52,246 bases of DNA from Malacoraja senta (taxonomy: Eukaryota), in contig JAXLNO010000523.1 in assembly GCA_038087875.1 (NCBI GenBank), positions 1 through 52,246 on the forward strand. Direction: 5' to 3'. Every line of letters starts with the position of its first letter. The stretch's first letter is position 1. Position numbers and translations under genes: made by a program. Positions 31,321 through 43,234 of this stretch are shown one piece after another. Below the pieces are notes generated by a model, which was not told the DNA's origin, made no database searches, and saw nothing but the letters and a program-made list of their open reading frames with translations.

Positions 31321-32655
31321 ACATAGATAGATACATAGATACATAGAAAATAGGTGCAGGAGTAGGCCATTCGGCCCTTCGAGCCTGCACCGCCATTCAA
31401 TATGATCATGGCTGATCATCCAACTCAGTATCCCGTACCTGCCTTCTCTCCATACCCCCTGATCCCTTTAGCCACAAGGGCCACATCTAACTCCCTCTTA
31501 AATATAGCCAATGAACTGGCCTCAACTACCCTCTGTAGCAGAGAGTTCCAGAGATTCACCACTCTCTGTGTGAAAAAGTTTTTCCTCATCTCGGTCTTAA
31601 AGGATTTCCCCCTTATCCTTAAGCTGTGACCCCTTGTCCTGGACTTCCCCAACATCGGGAACAATCTTCCTGCATCTAGCCTGTCCAACCCCATAAGAAT
31701 TTTGTACGTTTCTATAAGATCCCCTCTCAATCTCCTAAATTCTAGCGAGTATAAGCCAAGTCTATCCAGTCTTTCTTCATATGAAAGTCCTGACATCCCA
31801 GGAATCAGTCTGGTGAACCTTCTCTGCACTCCCTCTATGGCTATAATGTCCTTCCTCAGATTTGGAGACCAAAACTGTACACAATACTCCAGGTGTGGTC
31901 TCACCAAGACCCTGTACAACTGCAGTAGAACCTCCCTGCTCCTATACTCAAATCCTCTTGCTATGAAGGCCAACATACCATTCGCTTTCTTCACTGCCTG
32001 CTGCACCTGCATACCTACTTTCAATGACTGGTGTACCATGACACCCAGGTCTCGCTGCATCTCCCCATTTCCTAATCGGCCACCATTTAGATAATAGTCT
32101 GCCTTCCCGTTTTTGCCACCAAAGTGGATAACCTCACATTTATCCACATTATACTGCATCTGCCAAACATTTGCCCACTCACCCAGCCTATCCAAGTCAC
32201 CTTGCAGTCTCCTAGCATCCTCCTCACAGCTAACACTGCCCCTCAGCTTAGTGTCATCCGCAAACTTGGAGATGTTGCCTTCAATTCCCTCATCCAGATC
32301 ATTAATATATATTGTAAATAGCTGGGCTCCCAGCACTGAGCCTTGTGGTACCCCACTAGTCACTGCCTGCCATTGTGAAAAGGACCCGTTTACTCCTACT
32401 CTTTGCTTCCTGTTTGCCAGCCAGTTCTCTATCCACATCAATACTGAACCCCCAATACCGTGTGCTTTAAGTTTGTATCCTAATCTCTTATGTGGTACCT
32501 TGTCGAAAGCCTTCTGAAAGTCCAGATACAACACATCCACTGGTTCTCCCCTATCCACTCTACTAGTTATATCCTCGAAAAATTCTATAAGATTCGTCAG
32601 ACACGATTTACCTTTCGTAAATCCATGCTGACTTTGTCCAATGATTTCACCACTG
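31321..32655 (-). mobile_element. CR1/HER1 LINE, 5'-truncated, uninterrupted RT plus C-terminus (~410 aa)
   Basis: ORF 31425-32669 has the RT motifs (LDFQKAFD, PQGS, FADD) and no endonuclease domain. (TATCTATG)n tail. Confidence 0.95.
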
Positions 32656-34081
32656 TAACAAGATGACACGAAAAGAAGAAGACCTTACTCTTTACTAGGT
32701 TGTACGCAAAACAAAGCATTTCACGGCACCAGGTCACAGAATCCTAGAGTGAAACAGCGTGTAAACAGGCCCTTCGGCCAACTTGTGCGCCAACATGTCC
32801 CAGCTACACTAGTCCCACCTGCCTGCACTTGGTCCATATCCCTCCAAACCTGTCCTATCCATGCACCTGTTTCATTTTTGTTCATTTTATTTATTAGATG
32901 TACATTACATTACAACCAATTACATTAGTACTCATCACATATATCTTATTACAATTAATGTACTCCGTCATTTTTTACACTGATAAAAAGGAAAGGTTGA
33001 GATTAAGAAAAAAGGGAAAGTAAAGGAAAATAGTGAAGGGGCAAAAAACGTGACAACAGGAAAGAACAGAGGCCCTGCAGAAAAGAAATTATAAAGAAAG
33101 GATTAAGAGATCGACCCTAAAGAAGAAAGAAAAGAGAAAAAGGAAAAAAGAGAAAAACAAATACTTTGTTATAAGCATCACGCAAATGGGACATACCAAC
33201 CCTCCAGCTTTCATCCCCCTTTACCTGACCTCAGTTTTGTACCTGTTTCTTAAACGTTGGGCTAGTCCCACCTTCAACTACCTCCTCTGGCAGCTCGTTC
33301 CATACACCCACCCACCCTCTGTGTGAATAGGTACAGGTGGCAATAAAGTCGCATTGAATCATTGGATAAATGCTGGAGTAACTCGGCGGGACGGGCAGCA
33401 TCTGTGGAGAGAAGGAATGGGTGACGTTTCGGGGTCGAGACCCTTCTTCAGACTGAGAGTCAGGGATAAGGGAAAGGAGAGATATAGACGGTGGATGTGG
33501 AGAGATAAAGAACAATGAATGAAAGACGTGCAAAAAAGTTACGATGAAAAAGGAAACAGGCCATAGTTAGCTGTTTTGTTAAAGAAGGACCTGCAGATGC
33601 TGGAAAATCGAAGGTACATTAAAAAAATGATGGAGAACCTCAGCGGGTGCAGCAGCATCTATGGAGCGAAGGAAATAGGCAACGTTTCGGGTCTGAAGAA
33701 GGGTTTCGGCCCGAAACGTTGCCTATTTCCTTCCTCCATAGATGCTGCTGCACCCGCTGAGTTTCTCCAGCATTTTTGTGTACCATAGTTAGCTGTTTGT
33801 TGGTTTGTTCGGACTGAAGAAGGGTCTCGACCCCGAAACGTCACCCATTCCAACTCTCCAGAGACGCTGCCTGAGTTACTCCAGCTATTTGTGTCTATCT
33901 TCAGTTTGAACCAGCATCTGCAGTTCCTCCCCTGCACGTTGAATCGTTGGGTTCTGAGCCCTTCAGCGCATGTTCGGGGTAGGGGGGGGGTTGGGGGTGG
34001 GGAGGTGTTGTTGAGGGGAGGACTGGAGGGGAAGTGAGGGGGGGGGGGGGGCTGTTCGGTGTCAGCCTGGCAACAACTTAC

Positions 34082-34376
34082 CACAGACTTGCTCCCAGCC
34101 CTGGCTCAGACAAGCAACGAGACACCCCGATGGTGTGTCCGGCCCCCTCGCTCCCCTTTTCTCCATGGGCTCCGTGACCAGAAGGACGGTCGGCTGTGTC
34201 ACAACTCCACGACGGGGAGACGGGAGTCCAAGAGGCAAGTGGTCCCCTCCGCCGAATGCCCCGCCGTTAGATCTCGCCCACCGCTTCACTCGAACCCAGG
34301 GCAATGGAAAGGCTCCCGATCTTCTCCGGTCCCAGGGTCTTGGTCCAGGAGATAGCTCCTGCGTTGTTTGTGTAAG
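34082..34376 (-). CDS. Candidate exon in a unique GC-rich island (duplicate at 30689-30982 is frameshifted)
   Basis: Acceptor tcctcctctgtgcgttcatcccag and donor G|gtaagt. One frame open for 98 codons. Peptide not recognised. Confidence 0.25.
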
Positions 34377-34924
34377 CTGGGATGAACGCACAGAGGAGGA
34401 CGAGCTTTGCTTCTTACTTCAGCCCAGTGATCTTGAGTACTGAGTGTTCCCTTCCACTGAAAGGGATCTAATTATATCTGTGCTTGAGCAAGGGTGCCTG
34501 TAGCTAGTGGCTGGGCTTGTCCTCGGATTCCGTGCGAGGTGGTGACCCCCCCCCCTCCCCCTCTGGCCCCCAGAGGCCGCCAAACAGACGGGACGGTCCT
34601 GCTCCCGGCTTCCTGTTCGGAGGGAACTTCAGCTCCGACCCACGCTCGCACACCAGCTTTCACCTCGGCAGACGAGTTAAAAATAAAACTCTCAATCGAA
34701 ACTCATGACAAACGACTCATTCACTGCACAGCTCTTTCCCGTCAACAGCCCAGTCTCCCCGCATCTTCCATTTCCCGTCCTTTAACAGAGCAGCGTAGAC
34801 ACTTAGACCGCAGGGGCAGGCCATTCAGCCCATCCCTCCCGTTCCCATCCGCACCATTGTTGATTTGCGGGAAGCTGAACGTTGCTGGAAACGACTTTCG
34901 ACTTGGGAGGAACAAGGGAAGAAA

Positions 34925-35170
34925 CTCCAGGCCCTTCGGCCCACCGAGCCCGCGCCGACCAGGGTTCACCCCCCCCCCCCTGCACTAGCACGACCCTACA
35001 CACACTGGGGAGAATTTACAATTTGTCCGAAGCGAATTAACCGACAAACATCTGTGGAGTGTGGGAGGAAACCCGAGCACCCGGAGAAAACCCTCGCGGG
35101 GAGAAAGTACAAACTCCGGGCGGGCAGCGCCCGTGGTCAGGATCGAACAGTCTACCGCCGAGCCTCTGTG
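34925..35170 (-). mobile_element. HE1-type SINE
   Basis: Reverse-complement central domain and tail. Confidence 0.8.
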
Positions 35171-35514
35171 CCTCCCACTCTTCAACAGAGCCTGTTGTTT
35201 TCTCCGGACACAAGGAACCGCAGATGCTAGGCAAAACACGACACAACCAAAGCACAAAGTGCTGGAGGAACTCAGCAGGTCGAGCAGCACCTGTGTGCTT
35301 TCTCACTTTTCCCATTCTGATGTAGGGGGATTGTCCTGAACCCTTGATATCATTGTTATCCCCAGAGTGGTACTGACTAACCTCAAACTTCCCAGTTCTA
35401 TCTCTCTCCAGCAGAATTATTCATCCCCATTGAAATGAGTGCAGAGAAGATTTATGAGGATGTTGCCAGGATTTGGGCCTGAGCTATTGGGGAGGTTGAG
35501 CAGCCTAGGACCGA

Positions 35515-36238
35515 CAGAGCCCTTCTGCAGTTGTACAGAGCACTAGTGAGACCACACCTGGAGTATTGTGTGCAGTTTTGGTCCCCTAATTTGAGGAAGG
35601 ACATTCTTGCTATTGAGGGAGGGCAGCGTAGGTTTACAAGGTTAATTCCCGGGATGGCGGGACTGTCATATGCTGAGAGAATGGAGCAGCTGGGCTTGTA
35701 CTCCTCTGGAGTTTAGAAGGACGAGAGGGGATCTCATTGAAACTTATAAGATTGTAAAGGGCTTGGACACACTAGAGGCAGGAAACATGTTCCCGATGTT
35801 GGGGGAGTCCAGAACCAGGGGCCACAGTTTAAGAATAAGGAGTAAGCCATTTAGAACGGAGACGAGGAAACACTTTTTCTCACAGAGAGTGGTGAGTCTG
35901 TGGAATTCTCTGCCTCAGAGGGCGGTGGAGGCCGGTTGTCTGGATGCTATCAAGAGAGAGCTAGATAGAGCTCTTAAAGATAGCAGAGTCAGGGATATGG
36001 GGAGAAGGCAGGAACGGGTACTGATTGGGGATGATCAGCCATGATCACATTGAATGGCGGTGCTGGCTTGAAGGGCCGAATGCCTACTCCTGTATCTATT
36101 GTCTATTGTCTATTGTCTATTGTCTATTGTGTATTGTCTATTGTCTATTGTCTATAGTCTATTGTATATAGTCTATAGTCTATTGTCTATTGTCTAATGT
36201 CTATTGTCTATTGTCTATTGTATATTGTCTATTGTCTA
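35515..36238 (+). mobile_element. CR1/HER1 3' fragment with an expanded tail
   Basis: [19 protein letters not shown]...; inserted into an older CR1 (35435-35510, continuing at 36238-36282). Confidence 0.9.
36095..36237 (+). repeat. (TCTATTG)n 7-bp microsatellite, ~20 units, CR1 tail expansion
   Basis: Direct reading. Confidence 0.92.
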
Positions 36239-36282
36239 CCTTATTCCTTGGAGCACAGGGTGGTGAGGGTGACCTTATGGAG

Positions 36283-37236
36283 CAGGGGTCGGCAGCCTAC
36301 GGCCCAGGGGCCGGATCCGGCCCGTAACCCCAAATCATCCGGCCCGCAGGCGTGTTTTCTTTTCAATTAGTTTTCGCGACCTGGGAACTGCAGTCGACCC
36401 GAGCGCTACTGCCAGTCCCGGGGCAGGCGAGCCCCCCCCCCCCCCCCCCCCCCCCCCCTTTACATCGGGGACCTGGGGTGGAGAGTGTTGCACAGAGCCG
36501 TGGCCTGCAACGGGTACTTGAGCCGGTTCACGGACTCGTCCGCCGCCTGTCACACCTGCGGCGATGAAGAGACCGTGTTCCACGTCTACATGGAGTGTTC
36601 GAGGTTGCAGCCCTGTTCGAGTATCTGAAGGGGCTGCTCCTCAAGTTTTGGCTCCACTTTAGCCCGACGCTATTGATTTTTGGGCAGAAGGTACAGAGGG
36701 GGGTGTGTCGGGAGGGAGGAGGGGGTCTCCCTGTCCGTCTGCTCCTGGGCCTGGCCAAGATTGGCCATTCGCGGGTTCAGGCACGGGCAGTCGACGGCCG
36801 CACAGCGGTCGGCTGCCTGCCCGTGCCAGGGTTACGTCCGTGCCCACGTGTCCCTGGAGAGGGATCACGCGGTGTCCACGGGGACTGTGGAGGCCTTCCG
36901 CGAACGCTGGTCACCGCGGGAGCTCGAATGTATTGTTGATAAAAATGTTAATATTTTAATTTGATAACTTTCTCTGTAAAATGCCAATATCGGCATTCTT
37001 TGATCGTGTTAATACTCTGTATTTTTGTTTGTTCTGAATAAAAGCATTTTGTATGGGGAAGAAAATAAAAAGGGCACGTGAGGGACCTGGGAACTGCAGA
37101 AAACTAATTGAAAAACACCGGGAAACTAATGCGAAAAACTACACCAAGTGTAACAATATGGCAATGGATGTGGCCCGCCATCCGCTGACAGACATGGGTC
37201 CTGGCCCCCTATGCGGAACAAGGTTGCCCACTCCTG
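36283..37236. mobile_element. hAT (Charlie-like) MITE carrying a nested Tx1 fragment
   Basis: TIRs CAGGGGTCGGCAGCCT / AGGTTGCCCACTCCTG. 8-bp flanks ttatggag and ttgtagag each differ by one change from ttatagag. Confidence 0.8.
36430..37050 (+). mobile_element. Tx1-like LINE 3' fragment
   Basis: Zn finger CHTCGDEETVFHVYMEC, then LFEYLKGLLLKFWLHFSPTLLIFG...AFRERW, ending aataaa. Confidence 0.85.
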
Positions 37237-37334
37237 TTGTAGAGGTTTAATAGATCATGAAGGGAATATGCAGGATAGGATGAATGAGCAGGGGAATCTT
37301 ACCCAGAGCAGGGGAATCAAGAACCATAGGTTTA

Positions 37335-38468
37335 ACCATATAACCATATAACCATAACCAGAACAGCACGGAAACAGGCCATCTCGGCCCTTCAAGTCCG
37401 TGCCGAACACTTTTTTTAAATTTTTTAAAAAATTAAAAATAAATACTCCCCCCTAGTCCCATCTACCTGCACTCAGACCATAACCCTCCATTCCTTTCCC
37501 GTCCATATACCCATCCAATCTATTTTTAAAGGATAAAATCGAACCTGCCTCCACCACTTCCACTGGAAGCTCATTCCACACAGCTACCACTCTCTGAGTA
37601 AAGAAGTTGCCCCTAATGTTCCCCCTAAACTTCTGTCCCTTAATTCTCAAGTCATGTCCCCTTGTTTGAATCTTCCCTACTCTCAATGGGAAAAGCTTAT
37701 CCACGTCCACTCTGTCTAACCCGCTCATAATTTTAAAGACCTCTATCAAGTCCCCTCTTAACCTTCTGCGCTCCAAAGAATAAAGACCTAACTTGTTCAA
37801 CCTTTCTCTGTAACTTAGTTGCTGAAACCCAGGCAACATTCTAGTAAATCTCCTCTGTACTCTCTCTATTTTGTTGACATCCTTCCTATAATTAGGCGAC
37901 CAAAATTGTACTCCATACTCCAGAATTGGCCTCACCAATGCCTTGTACAATTTTAACATCACATCCCAACTTCTATATTCAATGCTCTGATTTATAAAGG
38001 CCAGCACACCAAAAGCTTTCTTTACCACCCTATCTACATGAGATTCCACCTTCAGGGAACTATGCACAGTTATTCCCAGATCCCTCTGTTCAACTGCATT
38101 CCTCAATTCGCTACCATTTACCATGTACGTCCTATTTTGATTTGTCCTGCCGAGATGTAGCACCTCACATTTGTCAGCATTAAACTCCATCTGCCATCTT
38201 TCAGCCCACTCTTCCAAATGGCCTAAATCTCTCTGTAGACTTTGAAAATCTACTTCATTATCCACCACACCACCTATCTTAGTATCATCTGCATACTTAC
38301 TAATCCAATTTTCCACACCATCATCCAGATCAATGATGTACATGACAAACAACAGTGGACCCAACACAGACCCCTGAGGCACCCCACTAGTCACCGGCCT
38401 CCAACCTGACAAACAGCCATCCACCATTACTCTCTGGCATCTCCCATTCAGCCACTGTTGAATCCATC
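37335..38468 (-). mobile_element. CR1 LINE (distinct subfamily), RT C-terminal half open for 324 aa
   Basis: GVPQGSVLGPLLF, KYADDTKIGG, (TATGGTTA)n tail. Confidence 0.95.
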
Positions 38469-38469
38469 T

Positions 38470-39238
38470 AAGGTGAGAGGGGAAAGGTTTAATAGGAACT
38501 GGAGGGTTAACTTTGTCACACAGGGTTGGTGGGTGTATGGAACGAGCTGCCAGTTGTTGAGGCGGGTATTACAACAACATTTACAACAAAATTAGACAGG
38601 TACATGGACAGGAATAGTTTAGAGGGATCTGGGCCAAACGCGGGCAGGTGGGACGAGTGTAGATGGGGCAGTTTGGTCGGCATGGGCAAGTTGGGCCGAA
38701 GGGCCTGTTTCCACACTGTAATGACTCTGTGACTCTATACACTGGACCAGTGCAATGGTAGAGAAAATATTGAGTCATACAGTGATACAGTGTGGAAACA
38801 GGCCCTTCGGCCCAACTTGCCCACACTGGCCAACATGTCCCAGCTACACTAGTCCCACCTGCCTGCGTTTCGCCCATATCCCTCCAAACCTGTCCTCTCC
38901 ATGCACCTTTCTAACTGTTTCTTAAACGTTGGGATAGTCCCTGCCTCAACTACCTCCTCTGGCAGCTTGTCCCATACACCCACCACCCTCTGTGTGGAAA
39001 CGTTACCCCTCAGATTCCTATTCAATCTTTTCCCCTTCACCTTGAACCTGTGTCCTCTGGTCCTCGATTCCCCTACTCTGGGCAAGAGACTCTGTGCATC
39101 TACCCGATCTATTCCTCTCATGATTTTATACACCTCTATAAGATCACCCCTCATCCTCCTGCGCTCCAAGGAATAGAGACCCGGCCTGCTCAACCTCTCC
39201 CTGTAGCTCACACCCTCCAGTCCTGGCAACATCCTCGT
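38470..39238. mobile_element. Two CR1 3' fragments tail-to-tail (38470-38740 plus; 38770-39238 minus)
   Basis: VVGVWNELP and RMLPGLEGVSYRERLSR.GLYSLERRRMRGDLIEV. Confidence 0.88.
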
Positions 39239-39239
39239 A

Positions 39240-39900
39240 CATGGCAGCTGCGCCAACAGTCTGTCTCATCTCCCCCTCTACATCGGGGACCTGGGGCGGA
39301 GGGAGCTGCACCGAGGTGTCCCCTGCGACCTGTTTCTCTCGCGGTCCACAGGCTCGCCAGCCGCCTGCCACTGTTGCGGGCTGGAAGAGTTTGTGTACCA
39401 CGTGTACATGGAGTGTGTGAGGTTGCAGCCCCTGTTCCAATATCTAAAAGGGGGCTGCTCCTTTGCCTTCTGGCTGCACTTCACACCCACCACCCTCATC
39501 CTTGGACACGTAGGGGAGAGGGCGGGGCTGAAGATGTCCTGGTTGGGTTGCTCCTGGGCCTGGCCAAGCTGGCCGTCCGTGAGTCACGGCGCCAGGTGGA
39601 AGAGGGCTCTGCCCGAGCCGGCTGCCCGCCCCTTTCCCGGGATTACGTCCGTGCCCGGGTGGGGTTAGAGAGGGACTACGTGTTGTCCACGGGCACCCTG
39701 GGGGATTTCCAGGACCGCTGGGCACCGCGGGGGGGGGGTGGAATGCATCCTTGACAAGGAGTGTAACATAGTTGTATAGCAGTTTATTTAGGATATTGGT
39801 TTGTCTTGTATTATGGTGCTGGGTTCTGGTTTGGTTTTTACTGCACTATATATATTATTTTAATATTTGAATAAATATTTTTGATTAAATTTTTTTTTTA
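39240..39900 (+). mobile_element. Tx1-like LINE 3' fragment
   Basis: CHCCGLEE..YHVYMECVRLQPLFQYLKG, DYVRARVGLERD...FQDRWAP, aataaa end. Confidence 0.85.
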
Positions 39901-39904
39901 AACA

Positions 39905-40175
39905 GCCTCTCATCTTTTTCTTCTTTCGCAGTTATGGTCTGTGTTCACTTGTATGATTTTAGTGTAATTTTAGTTTTTCTATTATGGGGGGGGGAGGGGG
40001 CTGAGGTTGGGGGGAAACCTTTTTTTACCTCTTCCCTTGACGGAGATGCAACTTTTTCTGTATCGTATATCCGTCCGCTCTGTGGCTTTAACATCGTGGA
40101 GCTGGTGGTCCTATGGTGAGGGATCGACTGCGGGAGCTCCAATTGCGGGAGCTTCGATCGCCCCGACTGTGGGAG
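39905..40175 (+). mobile_element. 'Family B'-related 5' fragment
   Basis: G-run followed by gggaaacc...actttt...taacatcgtggagctgg, similar to 16025-16145. Confidence 0.5.
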
Positions 40176-40221
40176 AAAAGGGGGGGAGAAGGTACAAGTT
40201 AGATTCAAGAGAGTTTGTTGT

Positions 40222-40837
40222 CATAGATACATAGATACATAGAACATGGGTGCAGGAGTAGGCCATTTGGCCCTTTGAGGAGTAGGCCATTCAATATGAT
40301 CATGGCTGATCATCCAACTCAGTATCCCGTACCTGCCTTCTCTCCATACCCCCTGATCCCTTTAGCCACAAGGGCCACATCTAACTCTTAAATATAGCCA
40401 ATGAACTGGCCTCAACTACCCTCTGTGGCAGAGTTCCAGAGATTCACCACTCTCGGTGTGAAAAAGTTTTTCCTCATCTCGGTCTTAAAGGATTTCCCCC
40501 TTATCCTTAAGCTGTGACCCCTTGTCCTGGACTTCCCCAACATCGGGAACAATCTTCCTGCATCTAGCCTGTCCAACCCCATAAGAATTTTGTAAGTTTC
40601 TATAAGATCCCCTCTCAATCTCCTAAATTCTAGTGAGTATAAGCCAAGTCTATCCAGTCTTTCTTCATATGAAAGTCCTGACATCCCAGGAATCAGTCTG
40701 GTGAACCTTCTCTGCACTCCCTCTATGGCTATAATGTCCTTCCTCACATTTGGAGACCAAAACTGTACGCAATACTCCAGGTGTGGTCTCACCAAGACCC
40801 TGTACAACTGCAGTACAACCTCCCTGCTCCTATACTC
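40222..40837 (-). mobile_element. Young CR1/HER1 3' fragment inserted in a Rex tail
   Basis: [29 protein letters not shown]... Confidence 0.92.
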
Positions 40838-41512
40838 ATGTGCCCCAGATAGGACAATGACATTCTTGCTTTGCTTCAGCACAACAGAACATAGTAGGCA
40901 TTGACTACAAAACAGATTAGTGTGTCCATATATCATTGTATAAATATATACACACATGAATAAATAAACTGATCAAGTGCAAATAACAGATAATGGGTTA
41001 TTAATGTTCAGTGTTATGTCCGAGCCAAGTTTAATAGCCTGATGGCTGTGGGGAAGTAGCTATTCCTGAACCTGGTCGTTGCAGTCTTCAGGCTCCTGTA
41101 CTTTCTACCTGAAGGTAGTAGGGAGATGAGTGTGTGGCCAGGATGGTGTGGGTCCTTGATGATGCTGCCAGCCTTTTTGAGGCAGCGACTGCGATAGATC
41201 CCCTCGATGGAAGGGAGGTCAGAGCCGAAGATGGACTGGGCAGTGTTTACTACTTTTTGTAGTCTTTTCCTCTCCAGGGCACTCAAGTTGCCGAACCAAG
41301 CCACAATGCAACCGGTCAGCATGCTCTCTACTGTGCACCTGTAGAGGTTAGAGAGAGTCCACCTCCAGTTTAAATTCCATTTGGAATATTTTGGAGGACC
41401 AAGAAACCAAGAACCAAGAGTCCTCCTTGACATACCGACTCTCCGTAATCTTCTCAGGAAGTAGAGGAGCTGATGTGCTTTCTTTACAATTGCATTAGTG
41501 TTCTCGGACCAA
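40838..41512 (-). mobile_element. Rex1/Babar 3' fragment
   Basis: WSENTNAIVKKAHQLLYFLRRLRR...IIKDPHHPGHTLISLLPSGRKYRS. Confidence 0.9.
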
Positions 41513-41737
41513 GTTCCATCACAGTGGGGAATGTGAGGTCGCCGAAAAAACAAGATGGACGTGCTGCCTGCGCTGGCGAGGACCTGGAGGGAGTGCCGTG
41601 AGTGCAGTGATCTCGGTATTTGCGGGAACATCGGGGACATTGCTCCCGCTTGTGCGAGTGTGGACGGCTTTCTGACTGTTCGGGGCTGCAGAGAGAGTGA
41701 CAGCGGTCTGTACAACTCTGGTCTCATCACGGTGAAG

Positions 41738-41769
<32 letters not shown>

Positions 41770-41874
41770 GCCCGGACATTGGACTGATGGCTGTGGGTCT
41801 CCGCTTGTGCTGTGCGCCCCAGGCATTCTCACACCTGGCTGCTTAAGCCACATAATTTTGATGTGGTTATGTTT

Positions 41875-42262
41875 CTTATAGAAACTTCTTAAGGGGTTGG
41901 ACAGGCTGGATGCAGGAAGATTGTTCCCGATGTTGGGGGAAGTCCAGGACAAGGGGTCACAGTTTAAGGATAAGGGGGAAGTCTTTTAGGACCGAGATGA
42001 GAAAAACATTTTTCAGACAGAGAGTGGTGAATCTGTGGAACTCTCTGCCACAGAGGGTAGTTGAGGCCAGTTCATTGGCTATATTTAAGAGGGAGTTAGA
42101 TGTGGCCCTTGTGGCTAAAGGGATCAGGGGGTATGGAGAGAAGGCAGGTACAGGATACTGAGTTGGATGATCAGCCATGATCATATTGAATGGCGGTGCA
42201 GGCTCGAAGGGCCGAATGGCCTACTCCTGCACCTATTGTCTATGTTTCTATGTTTCTATGTA
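41875..42262 (+). mobile_element. CR1/HER1 3' fragment
   Basis: SRTRGHSLRIRGKSF...GTGY, (TTTCTATG)n tail. Confidence 0.9.
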
Positions 42263-42583
42263 TCTTGTTACTTTTCTGTATGACTGTTGGCAAATCACAT
42301 ATCATTGCCAATAGAAACATAGACAATAGGTGCAGGAGTAGGCCATTCGGCCCTTCGAGCCTGCACCGCCATTCAATATGATCATGGCTGATCATCACAT
42401 ACTTGGCTGATAAATGGATTACAATTACAATAACCTCTGTACTCTTTCTTCTTCTTCTTCTTCTTGGTGCATATGGCGTGCACAGCCTAAAGTTGTAGAC
42501 ACCAAAGCACTACATCCATTTGTTTGTTCATACGTACGTACCCTTTCCAGCTTGATAGAGGTCCACTCTCCACCACGCAGCAA

Positions 42584-42750
42584 AGGGCCTGTCCCACTTG
42601 GGCGCCATTTTCGCGTCATTTACGCGACATCATTTACGGGTGCGTTGTGACGCGCGCATGGCAGGTGGTGGCGTAGGCCGTGACGCGCGGTCGCGCGAGC
42701 TCGGCGCCCCAGGATTTTGGGGATTCACATTTTGGGAGTGACGCGCGAAT
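42584..42750. mobile_element. PIF/Harbinger-like MITE, left end only
   Basis: Begins AGGGCCTGTCCCACTT, CpG-rich interior, cut off by a CR1 tail. Confidence 0.6.
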
Positions 42751-43234
42751 GAGACATAGATACATAGAAAATAGGTGCAGGAGTAGGCCATTCGGCCCTT
42801 CGAGCCTGCACCGCCATTCAATGTGATCATGGCTGATCATCCAACTCAGGCCCTGAAGGATTCAATGATAGGCTGTAGCCACTCCAACAGCAGAGTCTTA
42901 TTAGACTTCAGTCTTTACCCAAGCATGTATGGGTCTATTGAAGATCATCACAATTCCGGAGATAAATGCCCACAGTTCAGAGGGAAATGACTGCCTTTTG
43001 ACCGGAATTACTGGCTATTACAGTAAATTCCAAGACTGTATTGTCATCATTCTCTGCACATCCATGAGAATATCTAAAAGCCTCATAAATGCCACCGTAA
43101 GTCCGATAAGTTCATAAGTTCATAGGAGCAGGATTAGATCATTTGGCCCATCCAGTCTACTCTGCCAGCTGATCTATCTTTCCCTCTCAACCCCAAACTG
43201 CTGCCTTCTCCCCAGAACACACTCGACACCCTAA

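Larger units (their letters stand above)
27627..34414. repeat. Near-identical direct tandem duplication, 2 x 3,394 bp (27627-31020 and 31021-34414)
   Basis: Same order of family B, CR1, L1-like tail, Penelope cluster and unique island in both units. TA microhomology at the junction. Confidence 0.95.

Noticed and set aside
31425..32669. Active autonomous LINE or domesticated RT
   Set aside because: It is 5'-truncated with no endonuclease or ORF1, and the predicted start lies in flanking sequence. The open frame reflects young age.
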